Origin: Callorhinchus milii
Lineage: Eukaryota
DNA length: 64,000 nt
Direction of reading: 5' to 3'
NCBI RefSeq assembly: GCF_018977255.1
Contig: NW_024704743.1
Span: 62,622,001-62,686,000, forward strand
Positions within the stretch are counted from its first letter, which is position 1, and each line of letters begins with the position of its first letter. Made by a program: the position numbers and the translations under genes. The notes under the pieces are model-generated. The model was not told where the DNA came from and made no database searches. It was given only the letters and a program-made list of their open reading frames with translations. Positions 28,163 to 40,257 of the stretch are shown here, piece after piece.

Positions 28163-28994
28163 GTATGTCAACTCTCTGCATTCAGGACTCCATCAGCTGT
28201 TGTGTCTTTCATTTGCTTTTAACAGCCTTTTTATTGAAGTGTTTTCCCAGATACTGTAAATACTTGTCAGGAGTTGCAGGTCCCACCTATCTCTGCACAC
28301 CAGCTCCAACATCTGATAGCTTTGCTACTTTCTATTGTAGGTTTATAAATACAGTACTGTATATGATTTAGATGAGTATTTCATGTAAGGATAGATTATA
28401 TAATGCAAGAGCTGCAAATAAAATGTAGTTCATCACTAAATCTTATACAAATACTGAAAAAAGTAAAGAGGAAAACTACTTTTTACCTTGCAGCAGTGTT
28501 TCTATGGTTTATTTCCAAGAAATACAAGACTAGCGCGAGTTTCACAAGGCCATCCCCCATCCTTGCTCAGATTCATTGGCTCCCCATCACCCAGGGGATA
28601 AAATTTAAAATTCTCATCCTCACTTTCACATTTGTCTGTGGTCTCACCCAACTTTGCACTATGATCCTATTCCCCTGACCCCTCCCTCCACTCAGGAAGC
28701 CTACCCCACCCATTCTGCCCCATTGGTGGCTGAGCTTTCAGCTGTTCTGGAGTTTCTCAACCTTCTTCCCCTCCCTCCCTGCGATAAGACTCATCTCTTT
28801 GACTACATGTTTGACCACCTTTCTCCCCAGTTGTATAAATTTGCAATTAATGTTTTGTTTTTAGTTAAGTGAATTTGAATAAATCGTATGGGTTAAGGAG
28901 AAATTAGGTAACTCTTTGGAAAACCTGTTGAGAAAGGACCTTATGACTTCTTTCCATGACATTTTAAGTCTGAATTACTTTTTGGTTTTTTTAG

Positions 28995-29108
28995 AACTGT
29001 AAAACGGGAGATGGTCAAGAACAGTGGCTGACAGAACTTCATTACTGGTTCAGTATCTCCATAACAGCACGGCCTAGGGGAACCACCAGTTTGCCAGTGA
29101 CTTATTAA
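28995..29108 (+). CDS. TEX10: TEX10 terminal coding exon (to stop codon)
   Basis: tttttttAG|AAC TGT... encodes NCKTGDGQEQWLTELHYWFSISITARPRGTTSLPVTY* (TAA at 29106-29108). Matches the TEX10 C-terminus QEQWLTDLHY. Confidence 0.93.
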   Translation, partial: NCKTGDGQEQWLTELHYWFSISITARPRGTTSLPVTY

Positions 29109-29729
29109 AATTTGCTGAATCCACAAAACAGACACTCACTTGTAAATCCTTGTAGTGGAACACATTTGAGTCATTGGACCACTGCTCAAGCAATGCTGAA
29201 GATAATTCAAGCCGTAATTTGTGAATAAGAATAAAAACATGTTGTGCTGGACCATTTTCTCCTTGCCTTTCCAAATAAAGTGGAACCCACACATTTGTTA
29301 TGTGAAGAGTACACTTAAAATGTAAGCATATCAAATGCAAGGATTATTATGATACTCATTACTTTGACATGTAAGGGAGTATTGAACTGGGACAAATGCA
29401 CTCCTGTTGAAGTTTGCATGGGGAGTACCCTCGCTGTTTCCACAAAGATTGTGGAAGTGTGAAAATATTTTATTGATTAACATGCAAAAACCTCTTACAT
29501 TCTACAAAGATCAATGTTTTATTTGTTTAAAAATGTGCCATTAGTGCTTTTGCTTCTCCTTGGATTGACTCTGAACATTGTAAATACAATGACATTCAGA
29601 TTAGAAGAATACCTTGGCATTTTTCTAAGCATGCACTGCAAATCTCCACAGAATATTCTACTGTGAACATGATTGTATACGTTCAACTCACACCTGTTTC
29701 TTTACAAGATATGTTGGGTTTTGTTTGAT

Positions 29730-29940
29730 CATTTATTTTATTACCAAATAAATCCCAGAAAAATATTACTTTCTCCAAATCTTTATTGAAAACCGTATAA
29801 TGTAGTAGATGCATTTATATAAAAAAACTACAAAAATAAATGTTACAATGTGAAGTATTTGATACAAAATATGTTTATCTACAGGATGGATACATATTTT
29901 ACATACATAGTTCAACAAAGGTGAATCATCATGTAATAAA
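29730..29940. terminator. Cluster of candidate poly(A) signals on both strands (TEX10 and INVS 3' ends)
   Basis: + strand AATAAA at 29747, 29835 and 29935 (also proximal ones at 29230 and 29274). - strand AATAAA (TTTATT on +) at 29732, 29737 and 29782. Lies between the two stop codons. Confidence 0.5.
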
Positions 29941-31240
29941 TAGCAATGCGATCTTGTAAATTGTTGAAACCCATCATTGAGGGTAGATGAGATGGTTGAT
30001 AAAGCTCCAATGGATGTAAATGTATTATTTGCCTTTGTGTGACAGCACACACCGGAAGCTGCTTGTCACAAAAATATGGATTACTTCATTTGCATTGTTT
30101 TTTGATACTGAGCATGTGGTTTCCTCTTGCAAACAATCATCATTTAGATGCTACCAGGGACCTTACAGAGTTCTGATTCAGTGGCATATTTCAGAGTTCA
30201 GAAAATTAATGTAAATGGCTGCTTACAGGAGTCATTTTAATGACAAATCTTGGGTTTGTGCTATTTATGTGCAGCAATAGTAACAGAAGGAAACTTGTAG
30301 CAGTTAACAAATACCCATAAGTCTGAGTACCTGAGAGACCTTTAACACAGTTATGTGGAACATGAGTAAAGTTCCATGCATTTTGTTTATACACAGATTA
30401 TAAATAATATACGTAAATTATATTTGTGACCAGAAATGCTTTTGAAAGAGGAGCTGAATTCCTGAAAAACAATGGATGTCCTGCTAAGAAAATACCTTTT
30501 TATATACACAGTGGAAGCTAGTTAAGATGGACACATCGGGGAAGGCTGTTTTGTCCGGCTTAAGAGTTGTCTGAGGTTAGAAGAAATATCATTCCCACCC
30601 AGCAGAGGACCAGCAACAGCTCTCCCTGCCGTTGGACTGGAAGTGGGTGGGGTGGATTAGAGGTGATTGACAGTTTACAGCTGTTTGTGAACGGCTGGAG
30701 CACAAATATTCACAAGTAACTCAGCTGTCAATCACAATTCCCCTCCCTTATTCTTATTCCAAGGTATCTGAAATGTTTGTGTTGTATCCACTTGAAATGT
30801 GAAGAGAGTTTGAAGTATAATAATAATTATAAAAAGGTCACTTTCAATCCACGACTGTTTGTGGGACGCTGCTGTGCGCAATTGGCTGCTACGTTTCGCC
30901 CATAAATATACAGTCAATTCACTTTACAGCATATTTTGTGAAGCGCTTTGAGACGTCAAGAAGACTTGAAAAGCGATATATCAAATGTAAGGATTATTAT
31001 TATAATCCTAGATCTTGCCCTTTCAAACAGATTATTTGGAGAGAGCATTCTAAGCTTGTATAACACCAGCCTTCTATAAAACTGGGTGTACGGGTTTGTC
31101 ACTGCTTGTGGTGGGAGTCATTTGAAGTGATTAAAATAGCACAAGATTATTGGTACAACCTTCAAGCACGTTGACTCATGTGGATTGTTTTTCCTTAGTA
31201 TATAATGCAACCAGTAACAAGTATAGTCTGTCTTCCATCT

Positions 31241-31356
31241 TCATTCTTTTGTTCTGGCTTTGTGGGTCTTTGTTGAAGTGTGTGGCCTCATGTTGTACGA
31301 GAACTCTTTGGACTTCTTTAGGTTTACCAATCGTTGAACATGTTGCAAGTCACTCA
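31241..31356 (-). CDS. INVS: Inversin terminal coding exon (to stop codon)
   Basis: Minus strand tcttctatccacAG|TG AGT GAC... encodes (L)SDLQHVQRLVNLKKSKEFSYNMRPHTSTKTHKARTKE*. Aligns to the inversin C-terminus VSNLQCIHLLENSGRSKNFSYNL. Phase matches exon 47045-47131. Confidence 0.88.
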
Positions 31357-31925
31357 CTGTGGATAGAAGACATATTGAAGCTATCACACCTGCTTCTCAG
31401 ACTCCAGAATGCATCGGCAGTTCTACATTTTGTCCTATAACTTAGGGCATTTTGTTTTCTCTATCTTATTTTGAAGTAAGGTTTTTAAGGTTCATTTTCC
31501 TATTCCAGTTGGGTCTATTCTGGCCTCAGAAGGCACCCTGCTTCCAGGCTTCTACCACTGTATCTCTGTATAAGGACCAATTGGAGATGATAATATCCCA
31601 GGTTCACCTCTCTCCCTTGTATAGGGTGTTGTCAGGACAACCCACCAAGCTACTGCTTTGTATCATGCCTTGCTTGTTTGAATCTAACTTGCCACTTTAT
31701 TTATAGATAATATTGTAATCACAATAATTTGATCCAAACGAATCTGATACACGTGAGAAACTGATGCTAGTTTCCCAATGTGTATACAATTCAGAATAAC
31801 TTCATGAAGTCAGTTTACAGCACAGAAGCCATTATATCTGCTGGTGATAATTTCTGACTTAAGTTATCCACTTTAATTCCATTACATAGTTGCACAGAGT
31901 TATACTGGATGGAAACAGGCCATTG

Positions 31926-32233
31926 TGGAGTCCTGTAGCTCAGTGGTTGGAGCACTCGCTTTGCAAGTGAGAGACCTGAGTTCAATTCCAGTCAGGGCGA
32001 AACCTTGGGCAAGTTTCCTTACTCCACACAGAGCCTAATAATAATCCCTCCAAAAACCATAATAAATGGGTCATTTTCAATCTACGACTGTTTGTGGGAC
32101 ATTGCTGTGCGCAATTGGCTGCCGCGTTCTCCCACAAATATACAGTCAATTCACTTTACAGTGTGTTCTGTGAAGCGCTTTGGGACGTCCTCCTGACGTG
32201 AAAAGCGCTATACCAAATGCAAGGATTATTATT
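31926..32233 (+). mobile_element. Young tRNA-derived SINE, full length; similar copies at ~58045-58375, 42753-43015, 45268-45575 and many partial copies
   Basis: Head TGGAGTCCTGTAGCTCAGTGGTTGGAGCAC..TTTGCAA..GAGTTCAATTCC, then ccttgggcaagtttccttactcc, then a Deu-like 3' body and an L2-like tail gtgaaaagcgctata.caaatgcaagg(att)n. Confidence 0.9.
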
Positions 32234-32414
32234 AATTGCCTGTGTTTATACTCCACACAAGATATTCCCCTCCTATCTCTCTAAATCCTCCCTCATGTAT
32301 GCAAATGACGTGCATTCCCCTGCTCTGTTCTTATACCCTTTAAAATTTTAAATATCATAGTGTCAATAAGATTGAAAATATCAGGTATAAACATAATTCA
32401 TTGTGTAAAATAAC

Positions 32415-32530
32415 AGAGCGGGACCCTTAAAAGGCTCTCCCAACATGCCCCATTTCTGACGAAGGGTCGTGAACCCATTGACTCAATTTCCTTTTCCATA
32501 AATGCTGCCTGATCTGCTGAATTGTCTTAA
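32415..32530 (+). mobile_element. Penelope-like element terminal fragment; more decayed ones at ~45975-46065 and ~50130-50180
   Basis: ctgacgaagggtc...tttccataaatgctgcctgatctgctga, homologous to 36795-36925. Confidence 0.65.
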
Positions 32531-33144
32531 AAGTCCTGGTTTAGGGATGAACCTGCACCTGATTTATGCAGAAACAAATGTCTGAAAAAAGTTTTGAAAG
32601 ATTTTTTGTTCTATGATGGTTTTCACAGGATGAAGATGATGACTGAAATGGTTGTTACAAGTATTTTATATTGTGCTGCAGTTTTGCAACTGGACAGATT
32701 GTATGTTAGAAAGTACTTTTGCAGATTTTTTAAAAATAGCAAAGCATTTCTGAATCCTATTAAGGTAAAATTTACACACATATTTGGTCTTTTAGCTATG
32801 ATCTGCTGTGAACTTTTCAGTGATCTGTCAGAAATATGCAACATATTAAAAGTGCAAGGATAATTAGAGGAAGAAGAGATGGGAAATAAAAGTAAAGATT
32901 AATTGTTCTTTTACAATTTCAGCTCTGCAGTACATAATGCATTGCAGAAGACCAAAATGCCATTCAGTTCATATTGATTTACACTGTGCCCAATTTACAT
33001 AATATCTGAGGTGATGTAGTGAAATACTGAAGTTTCTCTGGCCACTGAAAGTCCTTGAGGAGTTTAATGCTTATCCCAGCAGAAACAAAGTAGTGATGTA
33101 GAACATCATGTCTGTCACAATGTGTGAGTGTCCAAACCAGATAC

Positions 33145-33990
33145 AACAATTTGCATTTATATAGCGCCCTTTACACGGGGTAGTGTCCCAAAGCGCTTCA
33201 CAGTCTGACAAAGAGCCAAGGGTAGAGGGAAGTGACCGTAAGCACAATCAAAAAGGAAGGTCTTTCGGTGGGATTTGAAGGTGGGAAGGGAGGGGGCAAG
33301 GCAGAGGGATTGAGGGGGAGAGTTCCAGAGTTTTGGGGCGTAGTGACTGAAGGCATGACCACCGATGGTGGAAGGTACGAGGGAAAAACAGGAGGCTGGA
33401 GCGAGTGGAGGCAGTAAGGTCAGATAGTAGGAAGGTGCGAGGGAATGAAGTGATTTGAAAATGAGTGAGAGGATCTTGAAGTCGATCCATTCGGTGATTG
33501 GGAGTCAGTGGAGCCTGGCAAGGACTGGTATGATGGTGTTACGGAGTTTCATGTGGGTGAATATCTGGGCAGCGGAGTTTTATATTAATTGGATTTTGTG
33601 TGGTGGAGCTGGGGAGACCAGCGAGGAGGGCATTGGAATAGTCTAGCCGGACAAAGGCGTGAACGAGTGTTTCGGCTAAGGTGGATGATGGAGGACAATG
33701 GCGTGGTTGACTGTGTCGAACACAGCAGAGACGTCCAGGAGGATGAGGAGGCAGAGGGAGCCCTGGTCACAGATAGAGGATGTCATTTGTTACTTTGATG
33801 AGTGGTCTTTGTGAGTCTCTGTGCTATAGGCTGGGCAGAAATTAGACTGAAAGGGTTCGAGTAGGTGGGACAGATGTGCGCGAAATTGGTTTGCAACAAT
33901 GCGTTCCAGGGCTTTGGCCAGGAAGGGCAGGTTTGAAATGGGACAGTAATGCATGAGGTTGCAGGGATCAAGAGTATTTTTTTAGGCAAG
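33145..33990 (-). mobile_element. L2 LINE fragments (3' tail plus RT remnants)
   Basis: Similar to 5421-6163 and 21310-22440 (ctggccaaagccctggaacgcattgttgcaaaccaa on minus); tail gcgctatataaatgcaaattgttg. Confidence 0.85.
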
Positions 33991-36304
33991 GGAGTGATGA
34001 CAGTTATACCTGGTGGGACACACACCGCTTACCTAATTGCAGAAAGTATTAGGTGTAGGTTGGGAAGTGCCAAGGCTATGGGTCCGCAGATTATGTGTTG
34101 AGGAACTGGTGGAGATTAACCAGCTAACCCTGCATAGCTTGCCATCGACAGCACTGCCTGCAAAGCTGTGTTGCTTATCCAGCTATAAGATGATTACCCT
34201 CTCTGTTAGGGCTTTGACTTGCAGGGTTAACCGGAGTCAAGTGGGAAGACTTCTTGCCCCCAGTGATTGGTCTGTCCATCCCAAGTCCTGTCAATGATCC
34301 AAACTGTCTGGCCTGTCAGTGGTGCCTTGGAGTACTGCAGACCCTCCTGGCTCAATCAAAACTGCCTCAGAGTCAACTCAATCCCGACCCGATCCTGACA
34401 TTCCATTGCCAAGCGCATCACCCAGAGGAGAGGCACAAATTGACTATATCTGCCAACGGAGGCAATTGGGTGACAATGTGTGAAACAATGTCACATATGA
34501 AAGGATAATCAGAGGATGAAGAGATAGAAAATGAAAGTAAAGATGAAATGTTCTTTTACAGCTTGAGCACTGCACTACACAACATAATGCAGAGTAATTA
34601 CTGTTAACATTAATAAAAACTAAGCTTCAACTACACAATGACAATGCTGATCCTATGTGCTCATCACTTTCTGCCTTATTATTGTCCAAAGATGATGTAG
34701 TGCAGTGCCCTGCACTGCTCCCAGTGTGATACTTAAATGTGAAACCAACTTTGGTTCTTCATCAAAGCACTCATTTATTCAGCAGTTTGAATACGGATCA
34801 AATAATAACTATAGGCCAGTCAGCTTAAGGGTTCTGCTTGCAGTCACTTTCAATCAGCTGCCCAAGTTATCTGGTAAACTCAGCTGCTGCTTTGTTGCAA
34901 TTCAAACAAACAATCTGAATAAGAGTATGTTCTGGGTTTCCCTTTACTCTGCCCTCCAAAAGGTGCATATTTTTGCTACGGTACAGCTCCACAGGTAGTG
35001 GTTGCCTTCTGGTACCATGCTCCAAGTATAATAAGTGAGTGAGGGGTTTCATAGCCAACCTTGATCCTGTCCTTAAATGACATACACACACGAACCTATT
35101 TTTAAACGGATTTGCTGGTTAGACTCCACTAGTAACCAATGCACACTCTGAGGTCCCCAAGCCTTGGTTCTTGCCAATTGGTCCCTAATACTCTCCGGAA
35201 TTAGGAAAGCAGAATGTGTCCCTCCATGGAGAGGACGCATTTCATTCCAATAAACGGAAATATCCATGTGTAAGAGGCATACATATGTGGAATTTTGTTT
35301 GTTTGTTTTAGATACTCTTTAAGCACGGTGATGGGTTTCCATGTCAGACACTTTGCTGGACAATAACAAAATAATTGTGTCTGTTAATAGTGATTAAGTG
35401 TGGAACCTGAATTGATTTTTCTTTCCCTAGAGCACAGCCGATTTTCGTGGTCCAATCGCTACCCCTGCTGAGGTCAGTTAATATAACAAAGAACTCAAAT
35501 AGTTCAGATCTTTAGGTCTCAACTTTCAGCCCGGGGAGGGGGGAATAAATTACGTAATACTGAATGAGCCAACAAACATTTTTCTAATGATATTTGCGTT
35601 ATCTATTGGAAAACATCTATAGGAGAAAATGAATTTTAAAAAGAGCAGATTGAATTCGGTATTCAGAGTTAAACTAAGAATAGTGCATTGGGAACAGACA
35701 GGATATTTCTTTGTGTGTGTTACTTTTTGAAGGAACCACATCCGAAGATAAAATACCACTTCAAATACAAAAATAATAAATCCAAGAACTGTAGTTTGAC
35801 GTTTAGCCCAGAAACCACATTCTGTGCACTGGTTAAAGAGGGAACCAGCAACTAATTTAGCCACAAGAGCAATTGAAAGGATAAGGAGCATGATACCCAA
35901 AGTGTCTGTAAGGCAGGCTAGGGTCAAGGGTCTTTTAGAAAAATGTCCCTATGTGACTTTAAACATCTTCCTACATATACTGAATACTGCCTAAAAAGGT
36001 ATTGCCTTTGTGCTTTGCTGTACGAAGGGCACTATATATGTAAGGGCACTTTCTCAAGCAAGTTATTGTTTTTTGTTAGGACAATGCAGTTTGTTTCACA
36101 GCGAGTTGAAAATTCAGTTAAATAATAACTTTCCAACCCAGGTACAGTGCTTTGCTCCTCAGTTGCAACGTTACCAACTCACCCACGTTTAGTCTTATTG
36201 ACCACTTGTGCGATTAATGCTGAAAACCTTGTGATATTTGCCACTATGTTAATTAACCTGGCCTCAGTTCCCATGACCTTTGTTAAAATGGGAGGTTAAT
36301 CTTC

Positions 36305-36705
36305 TCTATACTAATAAAATGACAATGTCTGTCTGTGTGTCAGCCAAGATCTCAATAACTGATTGATGTAAAGACATGATTTCTACCTCATCGGAAACGC
36401 CTTGCATTTGGAAGTATTATTGGCATATTTGTTTTTTGGGGATCTCCTAAACAAGTCCATCACACATAGAGCAGTTTTGCATTGCAGTTACACCTGGTGG
36501 CCGAGGCAACTACCAGTGGCGTTGCGGCATCGTGCGGTCACACAGCAGCTCAGACGAAGCCAAGCGATGGGAACAAGATAAGGATGCCTAAGCGATCATC
36601 AAGCCTTTCAAATACAAATAAAAATGCCAGACAAAAGAAAGGACGATTAAATGAAACAGAAGAACAAAGAATAGCATGGCTGCATTGCAATAACTCGAGG
36701 GCCTG
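36305..36705 (+). mobile_element. Helitron-like 5' fragment with start of a RepHel-like ORF
   Basis: Starts TCTATACTAATAAAA followed by gtctgtctgtgtgt. ATG at 36584 gives MPKRSSSLSNTNKNARQKKGRLNETEEQRIAWL, resembling Helitron protein N-termini (ETEEQR..RL repeats). No 3' CTRR end seen. Confidence 0.6.
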
Positions 36706-36727
36706 CAAAGGGGTTCACACAGTCTAC

Positions 36728-36925
36728 GACTCTTCGTCAGAACTGGGGCATGTTGGGAGGGAGAGGCTTTTAATAGCCCCTCTCTGTTAGCCTTTAAAAG
36801 CCTCTCCCTCCCAAAATGCCGCAGTTCCGTCGAAGGGTCATGCACCCGAAACGTTGACTCACTTTCCTTTCTCCATAGATGCTGCCTGACCTGCTGAGTG
36901 CTCCTAGCGATGTATGTTTTTGTTT
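36728..36925 (+). mobile_element. Penelope-like terminal fragment with 46-bp inverted repeat
   Basis: 36728-36773 is the reverse complement of 36794-36839 (about 5 mismatches). Continues cccgaaacgttgactc..ctccatagatgctgcctgacctgctgagt. Confidence 0.7.
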
Positions 36926-39900
36926 TATGATTTTGTTACATTGAAACTGATGATTATCCACTCTAAGCTTGGCAACTCATGGGTTGGAGCACTTTCCACC
37001 ATAGGGAAACCTTAGTGAAAAGCCAAGATCCAAGTGTAAGAGAGAACAAGACGACAACAATCAAAAATATGTATACACATGTGTATGCATGTATGTATAA
37101 GTGGAAGTGGAGGAGGGGGTTAACTGAATAATTCCCTTCTATTGTAACAATCCATACAGCAACAGTAAAAAAAATAATTTCAATAGACAGTGAATATCCT
37201 CTCCTGAAAGGATTACAGAATAATATGAAACAAGGAATTCATGAATGCGGAGGAAGAGGACATCAGTGTAATTGTCTTGTATTTTCTCTGCTCATTAAAC
37301 CAAGATTAAATATAATCTAAGAATTAAATGTCCGATTAGTTTGGTTGATGATGCTTAATAGTTGAGTTAATTACAAAATAAACCAGAGCTAAAGAAAAAA
37401 ACATCACAGTACTGTCCAAACCACACCACTGTTCCTTGCCTGGGAACCTCCATATGCATCTCACCTTCTACTCCTGAACCCTGCATACATATTAGTTTAC
37501 TGATTATGGATTCTAAAGCATAATATTCATAACAGGAAGTTAGAAGCAGAAGCTCCTCAAGTTATAATATTATTACATTGTTGAGACACCTCAAAGTGCT
37601 TCACAGGATATAATGTAAAGTGGTGTGACTGTATTTTATGGGCGAATGCTGCACATCAGCTGTAAGTGTCTCACACACATCTGCCAACTGTTCCTCCTTG
37701 CACCTTCTGATTACGAATATGGTATTTGCATCACCGATACTTTCACTTGAGATCAGATCTCTAACTGTACTCTTAAGGAGTGATTGCTTAACGGGTATAA
37801 TTGGAAAAAGGTAGCATTTCCTCAGCTTGTGGATGTATTCCGAGTAAGATACATAATTCAAATAAATATGTTGGGAGTTGTTTTTCCCACAGAACGAAGT
37901 ACTTACAGTGAGTCTGGCGAAGCATAAGTTGAGTGTGGGTCCTCACATTAAGAAGGGTGTTGCAGGCTGAGCGGTTTCTTTGAAATGTATCTTTCACATG
38001 GGATTCAGCTGTGGCAATACAGAATGAGAAGACAGTCACAAACTGTACCACACAGCTTTCATTACCTTTCAACAACAACTTGCACTTTTATAGCACCCCT
38101 CACACAGAGCGCTTGACAGTGGCAAAGCACGGCGTGGAGATGGGGGAGGTGATCGAAGGCATGGTCAAACAGGACCGTGCTTTCGTGGGGAAGGAGGGGG
38201 CAAGGCGGAGAGATAGAAGAAGAGTGTTCTAGAAGTTCGAGGTATGGTAGCTGAAAGCGCCTCAGAGATCTGTCATGTCCATCACCAAACCACATTCCAA
38301 TACATCAATAAAAATCTGAAAGGTTTATTAAGTGGAACAGATCTCTTAGCATTATACTACACCACATCTCTGCTACATCACTGCTTGTCTGGCAGAGTAA
38401 TATGAAACTGCTGATCAGTGACAATTCATACTCAGCCAATTAAACTTTGAACAAGATTATACAAAATTGGTCATTCATAACTGAATAGGAACAAGGTCAT
38501 AAAAAGTGTTTGTATTGATTAATATGGCTAGCAGGTACACATTATGACTTGGTATAGAATAGACCAATTGGTCAAGACTGTAGCTGTTTTATAAACTTAA
38601 AAAGTGTCAAAAAGTATAAAATAAGATTAAAATTACAACAACTACTTAATTCAGTTCTGGGTCCTTTGTTTCTGCTGACAGGGGGTCAGAACAGATGTTG
38701 ATTTGTCACCGATTTATGACAACATTAAGATTAAAAACTGAGATGTCAGTTTATTGAGGAAGAATCTGCTAATGATCAAAGATATGTGCAGGACATCTTA
38801 CAACAATTCTCCAGCCAAAGTAAAAGTAGACTTGCAATAAACGCAAAGTGCTTCTTGCCAATTAGGTGAGGTTGATCCAATTACACCTTTGTGAAAGACC
38901 AGAGCAGCTCCAATCACACTTTCAAATGCAAATAATAACAGTATAAACAGTACCTCAGTTCCATAAAGTAGTCTCAAGCTTTGCTTGCTTAAGACTAGTT
39001 TCTCTGTTGCTACAGAGAAGAGAAGATTACTGTTGTGTCCTATATACCTACTTTCTGATAACGAATATGAAACCCAAGGTTACCTTTACTGACACTAGAT
39101 TGTTCTGGTGAGCTAAATGAAAGACTCCAATATTCATTCAATAGAAACTCACACACACATACCTAACACAGAGCTAATTATATTAGGGGCAATCCCAGGA
39201 ATCATGAGACGAATGCTCAGCTTTAAATATTTTAACACATCTCAGCTTTAAATATTTTTCATCCTGTGGGAACTGACATTTTCCTCAGTGACTTAACTGT
39301 GAGCAAATTCCCCAGAAGAAATGGTCTGAGATGGGACATACAATATAATAAGTAATCGATTCTTACAGCATTCATGATAGAGAATGCTGATTAACTGATT
39401 GAACCCTAGAAAACTATCTACAGTGAAGGTAGCCAACTTGTCAAAATGCCAATAAATATACTGCAAGCTTGAATTTGCCACATACAATACACACCATTGC
39501 CATATATAAAGTTTTACTTTTAAAATTACACGTTCATTACACAAAAGTAACAATTAAACAGATATTGCTGATAGATCAAATAATTTAATTTGTTGGTCAG
39601 TACATTGAGGAAATATATTTTATTCCTAGCAACAGCTGAATAGCAAAGGCAAGCAGATTTCCAGGATGCCTCGGGGCCATTGGATCTGTTCAGTAGAAAT
39701 GAGAAAATCTAATTGCTGTATAAATGGCATCTGGTATCAAATAAAATATGCAGCTTCTCTTTGGCCTTATTAACACCGGAGGGTTTGACAGTTTGGTGCA
39801 GGACAAATCACATTAGTTTTCCCTTTATGTTATCCAGTACTGTGCAAACCGATTGTTATTGAATGCCCCATATGATTATTTAAATCGAATATTTGGAGCT

Positions 39901-40257
39901 GGGTCTCATTCAGTGTGACGTCAAAATGTTACTGTACAAAATGCTGAAGGCACAATCAACAAGGAAGTGGTACAAATAACTCGTCTTTCATTTGTTTGAG
40001 CCAATACATCTGTCAATTGCTGATTCAATAGATAAAGATTAAAAGTTTTCAGTCCGACTTGTTAGCCAATGATACCAGCTGCAGTGTAGGTTCTGTACGA
40101 GCAGATCAATGCAGATGAAGTACTGAATTTCCCATATTGGCTACTTCAACGATAAAACATTCACAGAAACAATGTAGCCTTTTACACAACGTGTAGGTTA
40201 TTTTTAAATGACCAGCTGTAAATGCATCACTACACAAACAGTTAAAGCAGCACTCGA

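Noticed and set aside
31150..31440. 96-aa + strand ORF between the genes
   Set aside because: Antisense shadow of the INVS terminal exon.
31926..32000. Apparent tRNA gene (Ala/Val-like), also at 20640, 42753, 58045 and 1410-1478
   Set aside because: No proper acceptor stem, and it continues into a repeated SINE body. These are SINE heads, not tRNA genes.
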